NCBI GenBank assembly: GCA_041665405.1
Contig: JBAYIZ010000006.1
Coordinates: 407 to 64,406, forward strand
Direction of reading: 5' to 3'
Length of the DNA: 64,000 nucleotides
DNA from: Candidatus Magasanikiibacteriota bacterium
GTDB lineage: Bacteria; Patescibacteriota; Patescibacteriia; Magasanikbacterales; GWA2-37-8
Shown: in pieces, positions 55,337 through 63,828 of the stretch
Layout of the letters: each line of letters begins with the position of its first letter
Numbering within the stretch: the stretch's first letter is position 1
The notes under the pieces: generated by a model
What the model saw: the letters and a program-made list of their open reading frames with translations, nothing else
Told to the model about the DNA's origin: nothing
Database searches by the model: none
Made by a program: the position numbers and the translations under genes

Positions 55337-55485
55337 ATATGCTATTTGTTATTAAATAACGCGTTATAATAGCATTTTTTACACATTCCGTCAATCATTT
55401 GGGACACACAAACTTGACAAAAGATAGTAAATAAGCTAAAATACAGAATATATTATTCCGTGTCGTAAATTATTGACAACTAAAT

Positions 55486-56220
55486 ATGGAAAATTTGAAT
55501 ATTCTAAAAGAACTCGGTTTAGACGACCAAGAAGCGAGTGTATATATGGCTTTATTAAAATTGGGTGGATCTCAAGCCAGTGTTGTAGCCAAAGATGTTG
55601 GCATTAAACGGACAACAGTTTACCCTGTTTTGCAGGCGTTGGCGGCCAAAGGGATGGTAAATGTTTATTTTCGAAAAAACCGCCATTTCTATTATGCTCA
55701 AAAACCAAATAGAGTGGTGGGTATTTTCAAAAAGAAAATAGAATCATTTGAAAGTATTATTCCAATGTTGGAACTAGTTGAAAAAAAACAAGTGATGGCC
55801 ACGGGTTTGCGCTTTATTGAAACAGTTGAAGAATTAAAACAATTTTATAACGGAATTTTAGATGAGTATAAAGGGAAGCAATATCTGGCAATTGGAAATA
55901 CGGCGGCATGGGAGGGATTGGAACCAGAATTTTTTGTAAACTTTCGTAGACAAAGAGCAGAAAATAAAATTAAAACGAAATTACTATTAACATTTAATTC
56001 TGTCGAAATAAATCCAATAGAAACCTCGCTATTAAGAGAGTGGAAATATCTTCCTGAAAAATATAAATTTCAAAGTACGATAGATATTTTTAATGATAAA
56101 ATTTTGATTGTGAGTCCGGAGCTAAGTTCGTTGGCGGTGGTGATCGCGGTGCCGGCGATGACGGATATTTTTAAATCTGTTTTTGAGATGTTGTGGCAGA
56201 TGTTGCCGGAGGTGAAATAA
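55486..56220 (+). CDS. TrmB-family winged-HTH transcriptional regulator (paralog 1, short form)
   Basis: N-terminus LKELGLDDQEASVYMALLKLGGSQASVVAKDVGIKRTTVYPVLQALAAKGMV. A TTGACA-17-TAAAAT promoter lies at about 55413-55441. Confidence 0.8.
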   Translation: MENLNILKELGLDDQEASVYMALLKLGGSQASVVAKDVGIKRTTVYPVLQALAAKGMVNVYFRKNRHFYYAQKPNRVVGIFKKKIESFESIIPMLELVEKKQVMATGLRFIETVEELKQFYNGILDEYKGKQYLAIGNTAAWEGLEPEFFVNFRRQRAENKIKTKLLLTFNSVEINPIETSLLREWKYLPEKYKFQSTIDIFNDKILIVSPELSSLAVVIAVPAMTDIFKSVFEMLWQMLPEVK

Positions 56221-56226
56221 TTAAAA

Positions 56227-56261
56227 CAAAAAACCGATTGCAATATGCAGTCGGTTTTTTT
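56227..56261 (+). terminator. conserved terminator shared by the TrmB-like modules (copy 1)
   Basis: AAAAAACCGATTGCaataTGCAGTCGGTTTTTTT. Near-identical copies are at 61129 and 63042. Confidence 0.8.
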
Positions 56262-56269
56262 AGTTTATT

Positions 56270-57910
56270 TTACTCAATAAAAAGATTTTCCGTAGAATAA
56301 TTATTTTTTATTAATTTATCATTTATTAAAACTTTTATAATTTCATCAACCACTGAATTAAAATCATCTGGAATTGTATCAAAGAATTCTATCTTTTTTA
56401 ATGATTCGGTTAATTCGCGCTCAGGTATCCCAACATGAGATGAGGCAATATTTATTACCTCTTTTTCTTGTTTTTTCCATATCGCGACGGATTGATTCCA
56501 CACCTTCTTAATTTTTTCAATCTCTTTGGTTTTTTGTTGTAGTAATTTATTGTTTACAATCAATACATCATATAGGATAGGATAATCGTTTGTGGTTTTT
56601 AAAATATTTATATTTGAAAGTTCAAGCGCTTTTTCAAGCCATGGCTCCCAAATAATTCCAGCTTCAATATTACCCGCGATAATTCCAGCTCCAATTTCAG
56701 AGCATTGCATATCTTTAATTTTTACATCTTTAGAGGTCATCCCTTCTTTTTGGAGAATATATGAGAGAAAAAATTCCGCCACCGATCCTTTTTCGAGTCC
56801 TATGGTTTTACCTTTTAATTCAATTACGGATTTTATATTTGACTGTGCAACTAACGCATCGCCACCGACGGAGCGATTCAATACCTTTACTATTCTAAGA
56901 TCTGTTATTTTTGAGTGTAATTCGATGGCTTTATCTAGGGTAACATTTATTGCGTCTAGCTTTCCTTGCTCCCACAGCTCAACTTTTTTCTTGTTATCTT
57001 CAAAATTGATTTGTTCCACATCAAGCGACTCGTCGATAAACAGACCGCTATCTTTTGCATAGTAAAGGGGGGTGTTTCCAGACCAAATATATAATCCCAT
57101 TTTGAAAACATCAGTATCAGTAACAATCCCTTCTTCCAAGCTCGCCTTGATTGATTCTGAACGAATAATGTAACTGATGAACTTTTTTAGTTTTATAAAA
57201 TCTTCATGGAATCTGATTTCAGGTTTTCGTGGTCGTTTGATATTTACTTTTACTACCTGTTTGACAGTTCCTGGATTTAGTCCTAAGACAATAATTCTAT
57301 CCGCTAAGTATATTGCTTCATCAATGTCATGGGTGACTAAAATCATTGTTTTTTGTTCTTCTTCCCATAGTCTTGCTAAAAATTCTTGCATTTGAGATCT
57401 CGTTTGTACATCAAGAGCGCCAAAAGGTTCGTCAAATGCAATTAGGTCAGTCTGTTGTGCTATTGCTCTGGCAATAGCGATTCTTTGTTGCATGCCTCCT
57501 GAAAGCTTGTTGGGGAAATAATCTTTGACCTTGTAAAGGCCAACTCGTTTAAGTAATTTGTTAGTTTCAGTACGTACTTCAGTCTCAGACATATTTTTAC
57601 CGTAAAATCCAATGGCAATATTTTCGAAAACATTCAACCAAGGAAAATTAGAGTATTGCTGAGAAACTAATGCAATTCTATTATTTTCTAAATATTTGGA
57701 GCTGTCTAAACCATTGATTTTTATATTTCCTTCGAATACAGTGTCCAAACCTGTTACGCATTTTAAAATAGTGCTTTTACCTGAGCCGCTTGGGCCAACT
57801 ATACACACTATCTCCCCCTTTTTTATATCAAAAGAGATATCATTTATTGCGATAAAAGATTTATTTTCGCGATCATAATAATGTTTAGTTAGTTTGTGGA
57901 CTTCAATCAT
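56270..57910 (-). CDS. ABC transporter ATPase (NitT/TauT-type) fused to a C-terminal periplasmic-binding-protein-like domain
   Basis: An internal ATG at 57910 gives MIEVHKLTKHY... Walker A GPSGSGKST, signature LSGGMQQR, Walker B LIAFDEP. About 300 further aa resemble an NMT1/SsuA-like fold. Confidence 0.8.
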   Translation of the reverse strand: MIEVHKLTKHYYDRENKSFIAINDISFDIKKGEIVCIVGPSGSGKSTILKCVTGLDTVFEGNIKINGLDSSKYLENNRIALVSQQYSNFPWLNVFENIAIGFYGKNMSETEVRTETNKLLKRVGLYKVKDYFPNKLSGGMQQRIAIARAIAQQTDLIAFDEPFGALDVQTRSQMQEFLARLWEEEQKTMILVTHDIDEAIYLADRIIVLGLNPGTVKQVVKVNIKRPRKPEIRFHEDFIKLKKFISYIIRSESIKASLEEGIVTDTDVFKMGLYIWSGNTPLYYAKDSGLFIDESLDVEQINFEDNKKKVELWEQGKLDAINVTLDKAIELHSKITDLRIVKVLNRSVGGDALVAQSNIKSVIELKGKTIGLEKGSVAEFFLSYILQKEGMTSKDVKIKDMQCSEIGAGIIAGNIEAGIIWEPWLEKALELSNINILKTTNDYPILYDVLIVNNKLLQQKTKEIEKIKKVWNQSVAIWKKQEKEVINIASSHVGIPERELTESLKKIEFFDTIPDDFNSVVDEIIKVLINDKLIKNNYSTENLFIE

Positions 57911-57914
57911 AATT

Positions 57915-58664
57915 TTAAATTTTGTATTTGAAGATGTGTGGGTATAGTTTTTTGAAAATATAATCTGAGAAAAAACCAATTATTCCAATGACAACGATTC
58001 CGACATATAAATCCGGTATATTAGAAAACCTTTGTGCTTCCTTGATCATGTGACCAATACCAGAATTTGCGGCAACCAACTCTGCAATTACGAGATAAGT
58101 CCAACACCACCCCAATGTTATTCGGGAATTATTAAATAATTGCGGAGCGATACTCGATAGTTTTATCTTTAGCACTTTATATTTACTAAAATTTAAGGTA
58201 TGAGATAAATCTAGATATTCTTTAGGAACATTATTTAAATCATCTATTACTAATAAGATAAGTTGAAAAAAAGTGCCAATGAATAAAAGTGATATTTTAG
58301 CACCTTCTCCTATACCAAAAAATAAAATTGTTAATGGGATTAAGGCTGGCACGGGTAAATATCTAATAAAGTCTATATATGGCGAAAGTAAATCGTGTAG
58401 TTTTTTCCACGAACTCATCAATAGCGCGAGCGAAAGAGCAATAACAAAAGCTAACAAGAACGCTACTAAAACTCGAAAAATAGAAATACCAATATCTAAC
58501 ACAAAGGATTTTTCTAAAAACAATTTTTGTGTCGCTGTTAAAAAATCCTGTATTGTCGGAAAGAATATGGGGTTTATAAGTTTAATCCATGAACCCAAAA
58601 TCCACAGTGATAATAAAATCACTATGGAAATTGGGAAGATATAATTTCCTCTAAACAGTTTCAT
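57915..58664 (-). CDS. ABC transporter permease (NitT/TauT family)
   Basis: 6-TM BPD_transp_1-type protein with an EAA-like loop. It lies between the SBP and ATPase genes. Confidence 0.85.
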   Translation of the reverse strand: MKLFRGNYIFPISIVILLSLWILGSWIKLINPIFFPTIQDFLTATQKLFLEKSFVLDIGISIFRVLVAFLLAFVIALSLALLMSSWKKLHDLLSPYIDFIRYLPVPALIPLTILFFGIGEGAKISLLFIGTFFQLILLVIDDLNNVPKEYLDLSHTLNFSKYKVLKIKLSSIAPQLFNNSRITLGWCWTYLVIAELVAANSGIGHMIKEAQRFSNIPDLYVGIVVIGIIGFFSDYIFKKLYPHIFKYKI

Positions 58665-58676
58665 GGAGATATTAAT

Positions 58677-59678
58677 TTACTTATAACTTGTAATTGTCTT
58701 GTCTGATAATTTATCGCTTGATTTTACCCTTACTCCTGCCGAGTTGTTGCTTTCTAAAATATTACCCACAAGATCAAAAGTTAAATAAGCATTGTTGACT
58801 TGTTTCTTGTCAAACAATTTTTGATTATCTTCTAGCGTCAGCCAACTAACTCCTGATTTGATATCATTCATTTCAGCCTTATCTACACCAAAGGCGTCAG
58901 CCATAATTTGCATTGATTCATCTGGATTCTTTTGCCAATAATCGACAGCTGAAAACCAACCATCCGAAATCTTTTTAAGAACTTCTTGGTCGTTTTTAAC
59001 TAAATTTTCTGAGGCAAATAATAAATCGACAATTAAACCTGGTGTATCTGCACTTGAAACCAATATCTTTGCTCCGGCTCTTTTATCTGCGCTAATAGAT
59101 AAATAAGGTTCATAAGTAGCAGCAACATCTACCTGGCTCGCAACAAATGCATTTCCTGCGTCTGCTGAAGGAAGGTCTTTGAAGCTTACATCTGCCAAGC
59201 TTAATCCTTCTTTATTTAACAAATATTGTAAGATGAAATAAGGAGGAAAACCAGGTTCAGCGGCGACTGTTTTACCTTTTAAGTCTTTCAGTTCTGAAAT
59301 GTTACTAGAAACAACCACGCCATCGCCACCATGTGATTCGTCTATAGCAAGGAATCCAACCCCTGGAGGTTCATTACCTTCTACAGCTTGAAAAATATCA
59401 TACGTTGCAGCGTACATGTCGATCTGTCCGCTGTTCATAGCGGCCCTAAGATCACCGATTGATTCAATTCGAACCAAATTTACATCTACATCATTAAAAA
59501 AATTTTTTTCTTTTGCTAAGTATAGCGGTGCATATCCAGGAAATGTAACCATCCCGATAGTAACTGATTTTTTAGATTGTAGATTTTTTGTGTCATTCTT
59601 GTTACTTTGTGTAAAAACAATTACTAACACAACCACGACGAATAGGGCAACGATTGTCCTGATGATTTTCTTATTCAT
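58677..59678 (-). CDS. ABC transporter substrate-binding protein (NMT1/THI5/SsuA-like)
   Basis: N-terminal anchor or signal sequence, type 2 PBP pattern, first gene of the operon. Confidence 0.8.
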   Translation of the reverse strand: MNKKIIRTIVALFVVVVLVIVFTQSNKNDTKNLQSKKSVTIGMVTFPGYAPLYLAKEKNFFNDVDVNLVRIESIGDLRAAMNSGQIDMYAATYDIFQAVEGNEPPGVGFLAIDESHGGDGVVVSSNISELKDLKGKTVAAEPGFPPYFILQYLLNKEGLSLADVSFKDLPSADAGNAFVASQVDVAATYEPYLSISADKRAGAKILVSSADTPGLIVDLLFASENLVKNDQEVLKKISDGWFSAVDYWQKNPDESMQIMADAFGVDKAEMNDIKSGVSWLTLEDNQKLFDKKQVNNAYLTFDLVGNILESNNSAGVRVKSSDKLSDKTITSYK

Positions 59679-59809
59679 ACTTTTTATGTTAATTAAGGAA
59701 TTATTTGATTATGTGTTTATTGTAGCATTTTTTTTGGCAGTTGAAAAACAGCGGTAGACGTTAACATTGTTAACAGAACATAATATCACAAAACTAAGGT
59801 TTTGTCAAT

Positions 59810-59909
59810 GGTGTCACTTGACTTATGGTGACACTTATGATATGATAGTATTGCCTCTGTAAAGAGCAAAAACAACACAGTGTGTCACTGGTATGGTGAC
59901 AAATGTGAC
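59810..59909. promoter_or_regulatory. GTGTCAC/GTGACA(C) operator cluster overlapping the promoter of TrmB-like paralog 2
   Basis: GGTGTCACttgacttatGGTGACAC (IR, 59810-59833) overlaps TTGACT-17-TATGAT. A second set is GTGTCACtggtatgGTGACAaatGTGACA (59882-59909). Confidence 0.55.
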
Positions 59910-59948
59910 AAAAACCATGTTATTCTATAATTTTTATCCACACCATTT

Positions 59949-61118
59949 ATGCTGATAAAAGACCTCCAATCTATCGGTTTTACCAAGAATCTATCTGAGG
60001 TTTATTTGTCTTTAGCCCAATTGGGAGGCCAGGCCAAAGCTGGGGAAATCATCAAAAAGACAGGTTTACACCGAAATATCGTTTATATTTGTTTAGACAA
60101 ACTAATAGAAAAGCAATTATTAACTAAAACCGAAGAACGCGGTGTTACTATTTATAAAACACTAGATCCAGCCCGACTAATGAATGAAATTCGAGAAAAA
60201 GAACAATTAACAACAAATATTATTGAAGAAATTGAAGCATTAAAAAAGCATCCAGACACTCAAGAAATAATTGTCCACGAAGGTTTGGAAGGTTTTAGAA
60301 ATTTCAATCTCTATACTTTGAAAAAAATCGAAGAAGGTGGCACATTGCAAGTGCTTGGTTCCATTGGAGATAAATGGTTTGAATACATGGGTGAAGAAAA
60401 GTACAAAGAATATATAAAAATACAAAACAAGAAAAAAATTAAGTGGGAGATGATTACTTATTTTGATTCAAAACGCGACAAACAATTTATTAATGACTAT
60501 CCAGAATTATGCGAGGTAAAATTATTACCGCAGACATATGATAATCCGGCCAGCATTTATATTTTTGGAGATACAATTTCAATAAATATTTTTACCGAAC
60601 CATTTTCGGTGATTGAAATAAAAAATCGCGCGGTGGCGGATGTATATAGAAATTATTTTAGTTTGTTGTGGAACCAAGAAGTGTTTACCTATCGCGGTTG
60701 GGATGCGATTGATAAAATTTTGTGTGCGAATTTGGAAGATGGATTTACTTATGATGTTTTTGGGGCAACATATGGTGTGGGTACAAAAGAGGAACAAGAT
60801 CGCGTGTTGGAATTTTTTATGGAGAACCACAGAAAGACCGCACACTTTAAACCAAATAGACGATTGATATTTTTTGAACAAGATCGTGAGCAGGCGGCTA
60901 AAGAAGTTTCTCCGTTGGATGCAGACACTCGTAAAAATGTTCGTTTGCGTTTTCTGTCAGACAAATATTTTTCGCCGATGGAGACACATTTGTTTAAAGA
61001 TAAAGTAATTTTAATTTTTTCTTTTGGCGAACCAATCGCGACAGTTTATACCAATCCAAAAATAATTGAAGTTTACAAAAAACAATTTGAGTTGTGGTGG
61101 GGGATGTCGGTGGAATAA
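59949..61118 (+). CDS. TrmB-like wHTH regulator with a large C-terminal domain (paralog 2)
   Basis: N-terminus LQSIGFTKNLSEVYLSLAQLGGQAKAGEIIKKTGLHRNIVYICLDKLIEKQLL. It shares GLHRN(I/L)VY and (L/F)WNQE with paralog 3. Confidence 0.75.
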   Translation: MLIKDLQSIGFTKNLSEVYLSLAQLGGQAKAGEIIKKTGLHRNIVYICLDKLIEKQLLTKTEERGVTIYKTLDPARLMNEIREKEQLTTNIIEEIEALKKHPDTQEIIVHEGLEGFRNFNLYTLKKIEEGGTLQVLGSIGDKWFEYMGEEKYKEYIKIQNKKKIKWEMITYFDSKRDKQFINDYPELCEVKLLPQTYDNPASIYIFGDTISINIFTEPFSVIEIKNRAVADVYRNYFSLLWNQEVFTYRGWDAIDKILCANLEDGFTYDVFGATYGVGTKEEQDRVLEFFMENHRKTAHFKPNRRLIFFEQDREQAAKEVSPLDADTRKNVRLRFLSDKYFSPMETHLFKDKVILIFSFGEPIATVYTNPKIIEVYKKQFELWWGMSVE

Positions 61119-61128
61119 AATTTAAAAA

Positions 61129-61162
61129 CAAAAAACCGATTGCAGATTGCAGTCGGTTTTTT
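61129..61162 (+). terminator. conserved TrmB-module terminator (copy 2)
   Basis: AAAAAACCGATTGCagatTGCAGTCGGTTTTTTG. Confidence 0.8.
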
Positions 61163-61308
61163 GATAACTTCTTGAGCTCAACAAGATGTTGGAGTGAATG
61201 AGCGGTCACTACCAGCCGCGTGACTTTTTGTTTTACCGGTAGTCACAAACCGGATGATCCCAGACCCCTCATCAGCGGACCATTGAATTGTCCTGAAACT
61301 TTGCACCT

Positions 61309-61707
61309 CTACGCCTGTTCGCGACAGGGCAGGCATTCGTAGCCCACCCAAAGGCCGTTGGCAAAGGTGAAGTCGAAGTCCCAGCGGTTGTCACCACCGT
61401 ACCAGCAGAGGCTGGCAGTGTATTTGAATCCATTGGGGGCGAGAAGAGTGGTGCCAGTGAGCACGATCTTCTTCTTACGCATTTTCATCGGAATCTGGTC
61501 TTGGTGGTCAAGCAGTTGCTGGCCGTCACGCACTCCAAGGACGCCATTCCGACGACGTGCGCGTTCGCGCAATTCGGAGCCCTTGATGCATTCCTCGCCA
61601 CGCTTGAGGCACGACTCGATCCGGAGCTTGTTGATGTGAAGATCTGCAATTGGATCACAGTCTTCCACAACCTTAAACTCCACCCTGTTCCAAACGAATG
61701 TATTCAC
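61309..61707 (-). CDS. 132-aa cytoplasmic protein of unknown function encoded in G+C-rich islet 5
   Basis: The GTG start is preceded by AAGGAGG at 6 nt. The frame is open across the whole G+C-rich segment. No signal peptide and no family recognised. Confidence 0.6.
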   Translation of the reverse strand: MNTFVWNRVEFKVVEDCDPIADLHINKLRIESCLKRGEECIKGSELRERARRRNGVLGVRDGQQLLDHQDQIPMKMRKKKIVLTGTTLLAPNGFKYTASLCWYGGDNRWDFDFTFANGLWVGYECLPCREQA

Positions 61708-61775
61708 CTTTCACCTCCTTGCGGTTCTGACAGGTTGGTTGCTCTGAAGAGAGCAATTGTTGTTAACAACTCAAT

Positions 61776-61804
61776 AAAATATCATATTTCACTTTATTGG
61801 TCAA
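61776..61804 (-). promoter_or_regulatory. sigma70-type promoter reading into G+C-rich islet 5
   Basis: Minus strand reads TTGACC-17 nt-TATTTT. It is homologous to the islet 6 promoter. Confidence 0.5.
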
Positions 61805-61865
61805 TCATTTTATCCCTAAAATTAGCAAAAAAATCAGATAAAAGCTGACAAAATTATGTTGGGGG

Positions 61866-61894
61866 TTGACTTTTTGGCTAAATTCATATAAAAT
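61866..61894 (+). promoter_or_regulatory. promoter of TrmB-like paralog 3
   Basis: TTGACT-17 nt-TAAAAT, followed by the shared TCATAAATAATATGAcAAT-ATG leader. Confidence 0.6.
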
Positions 61895-61918
61895 AATCAT
61901 CATAAATAATATGACAAT

Positions 61919-63031
61919 ATGTTAGAACAAAAACTAGAAAAACTTGGTTTTGGAAAAAACGAAGTGAAAGTATATCTAGCTCTTTTTGATTTGGGTAAAT
62001 GTAAAGCCAAACAAATCATTGATAACACAGGTCTTCATCGTAATCTTGTCTACACGGCACTTGATGATTTGATTGGAAAGAAATTAATTTCAAAAGTCGA
62101 GAGTAATGGAATTTTTTTATTTTGGGTTAATAGCCCTGAACTTTTGAACGAAATAATAGAAGAAAAAGCTATAACGGCAAAAGAAGTGATTGAACAATTA
62201 AAAAAGAAAAGCGCCAGTCAACCTCGTGAGATATTAATTTATGAAGGTGAAGAGGGTGTGAAGAAAAGTCGCACCAAAGTTTTAACATATGGAAAAGGAG
62301 ATACATTTTATATGTTAGGAACAAAAGCGAGTTTCTCGCCTTCGATGGAAAAATTTTCAAAGGAGTTTGATTCGCTAAGAATTAAAAAGGGAATTTATTC
62401 AAAAATTTTAGTCGAACATGATGTGAATAAAGATGAACTTAAACATCTTAATAAAATGCCACTTAGTGAAGCCAAGCACCTTCCTCTTGATTTGGAAATG
62501 CCTATTTGGTTTTCAGTTATTCAAGATTATTTGGAAATTGGCATCCCAGGCGTTGATCCACTGATTTTTTCGATAAAAAATAAAGCGGTGGCTGGGGCAA
62601 TAAAAAAATTTATAGATTTTTTCTGGAATCAAGAATCCGAAGTTGTTACAGGCGCAAAGGCTTTACAAGAGATTATGTTGGAATCCATTGATTATGGTGA
62701 GTTGAAAGGTATCGGCGCAAAAGGCAATTTTTTTGAAAATTATCCGGGATTTTTTAATGATATAAAAAAGCGAGCAGTAATGAAACAAGGACTGGTCTGG
62801 AGAAACATTGTTGATCCAAGTATGAAAGGGCATGAGATTACAAAATTTTTGTGGACTAAAACAAAATATAATTTATCCGATACAAAAAATCCCAATGTTG
62901 TTTGGTTGTATGGCCCGAAAGCTGTGATTATAAATTGGGCGGATAAAGAACCTGTGATGTTTGTTTCTACAAATAAGGCGCTAGTGCAAAGTTATAATGA
63001 TTATTTTGAGGAGATGTGGGGTAAAGATTAA
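61919..63031 (+). CDS. TrmB-like wHTH regulator with a large C-terminal domain (paralog 3)
   Basis: N-terminus MLEQKLEKLGFGKNEVKVYLALFDLGKCKAKQIIDNTGLHRNLVYTALDDLIGKKLI. Confidence 0.75.
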   Translation: MLEQKLEKLGFGKNEVKVYLALFDLGKCKAKQIIDNTGLHRNLVYTALDDLIGKKLISKVESNGIFLFWVNSPELLNEIIEEKAITAKEVIEQLKKKSASQPREILIYEGEEGVKKSRTKVLTYGKGDTFYMLGTKASFSPSMEKFSKEFDSLRIKKGIYSKILVEHDVNKDELKHLNKMPLSEAKHLPLDLEMPIWFSVIQDYLEIGIPGVDPLIFSIKNKAVAGAIKKFIDFFWNQESEVVTGAKALQEIMLESIDYGELKGIGAKGNFFENYPGFFNDIKKRAVMKQGLVWRNIVDPSMKGHEITKFLWTKTKYNLSDTKNPNVVWLYGPKAVIINWADKEPVMFVSTNKALVQSYNDYFEEMWGKD

Positions 63032-63041
63032 CACTAAGAAC

Positions 63042-63075
63042 AAAAAACCGATTGCGATATGCAGTCGGTTTTTTA
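63042..63075 (+). terminator. conserved TrmB-module terminator (copy 3)
   Basis: AAAAAACCGATTGCgataTGCAGTCGGTTTTTTA. Confidence 0.8.
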
Positions 63076-63168
63076 ATTACTTCTTGAACCAAAATGATTT
63101 AGTTCGAAAAGTAGCTGCGCGTCTTTTTGACCGGGACGCGCAACCGGGTGAGAGGGTGGAACCGGACG

Positions 63169-63660
63169 TCACAGGAATGCGATTCCCAGTGACGGCTGGA
63201 ACAGCAACGAGTAATCGCCGCCATCCAGGGTCTTCGCCAGTCCAAATGCCATGGACAGCGACAGACCGTTTCCGATTCCGTAGGCCAGGCCGGTGCCCAG
63301 ACCAACCAAGTCGGAAGACGGCTTGCCGCCGTAACCGACATTGCGCTGGTAGAGCACGCTGGCCTGGGTGGACCAACGATCAGTCAGTCCCAGCGACACA
63401 CCTGCAGAGAGGCGTGGGCTGGGCTTGCAACTGTCGTTGGGGGTGGCCAGCCCGATTCCGCCCGCGATGGACACCTTGTTGGAGACCTTCTCCGACAGCG
63501 AGATGTCGTAGCGGGTGGAGGCCGAGGCGGGGGTGAGCCCGTCCTTCAGGAGGACGACGTAGCCCTCCCGGATGTTGAAGACCGGGGTCAGGGCGCTGGC
63601 CGAAGCCGAGACACCGCTCAGAACCACGGCCACCAGGACGATCAGGGTGGAGATCTTCAT
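63169..63660 (-). CDS. secreted small beta-barrel-like (OMP-like) protein encoded in G+C-rich islet 6
   Basis: GAGGTG lies 4 nt before the ATG. Signal peptide is MKISTLIVLVAVVLSGVSASASA|L. The protein has Gly-rich alternating strands and a C-terminal ...QPSLGIAFL. Confidence 0.6.
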   Translation of the reverse strand: MKISTLIVLVAVVLSGVSASASALTPVFNIREGYVVLLKDGLTPASASTRYDISLSEKVSNKVSIAGGIGLATPNDSCKPSPRLSAGVSLGLTDRWSTQASVLYQRNVGYGGKPSSDLVGLGTGLAYGIGNGLSLSMAFGLAKTLDGGDYSLLFQPSLGIAFL

Positions 63661-63736
63661 GGGACACCTCTGCAGACCAGAAGGCCTGCCATCTGCATTA
63701 GTCAGTCAGGTTGCATTTGCGAACCCATACTGCTTT

Positions 63737-63786
63737 TGCCAGACGAAATAGTTCACAATAGATCTTATGGACTATTTCGTCTGGCA
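63737..63786 (-). promoter_or_regulatory. 16-bp perfect hairpin in the 5' leader of the islet 6 gene
   Basis: TGCCAGACGAAATAGT-N18-ACTATTTCGTCTGGCA lies between the promoter (63829-57) and the ATG (63660). No T-run follows it. Confidence 0.5.
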
Positions 63787-63828
63787 GTTGTAAAGAACAG
63801 TGTTACGGGTTATTGATCGTAACAAGCC

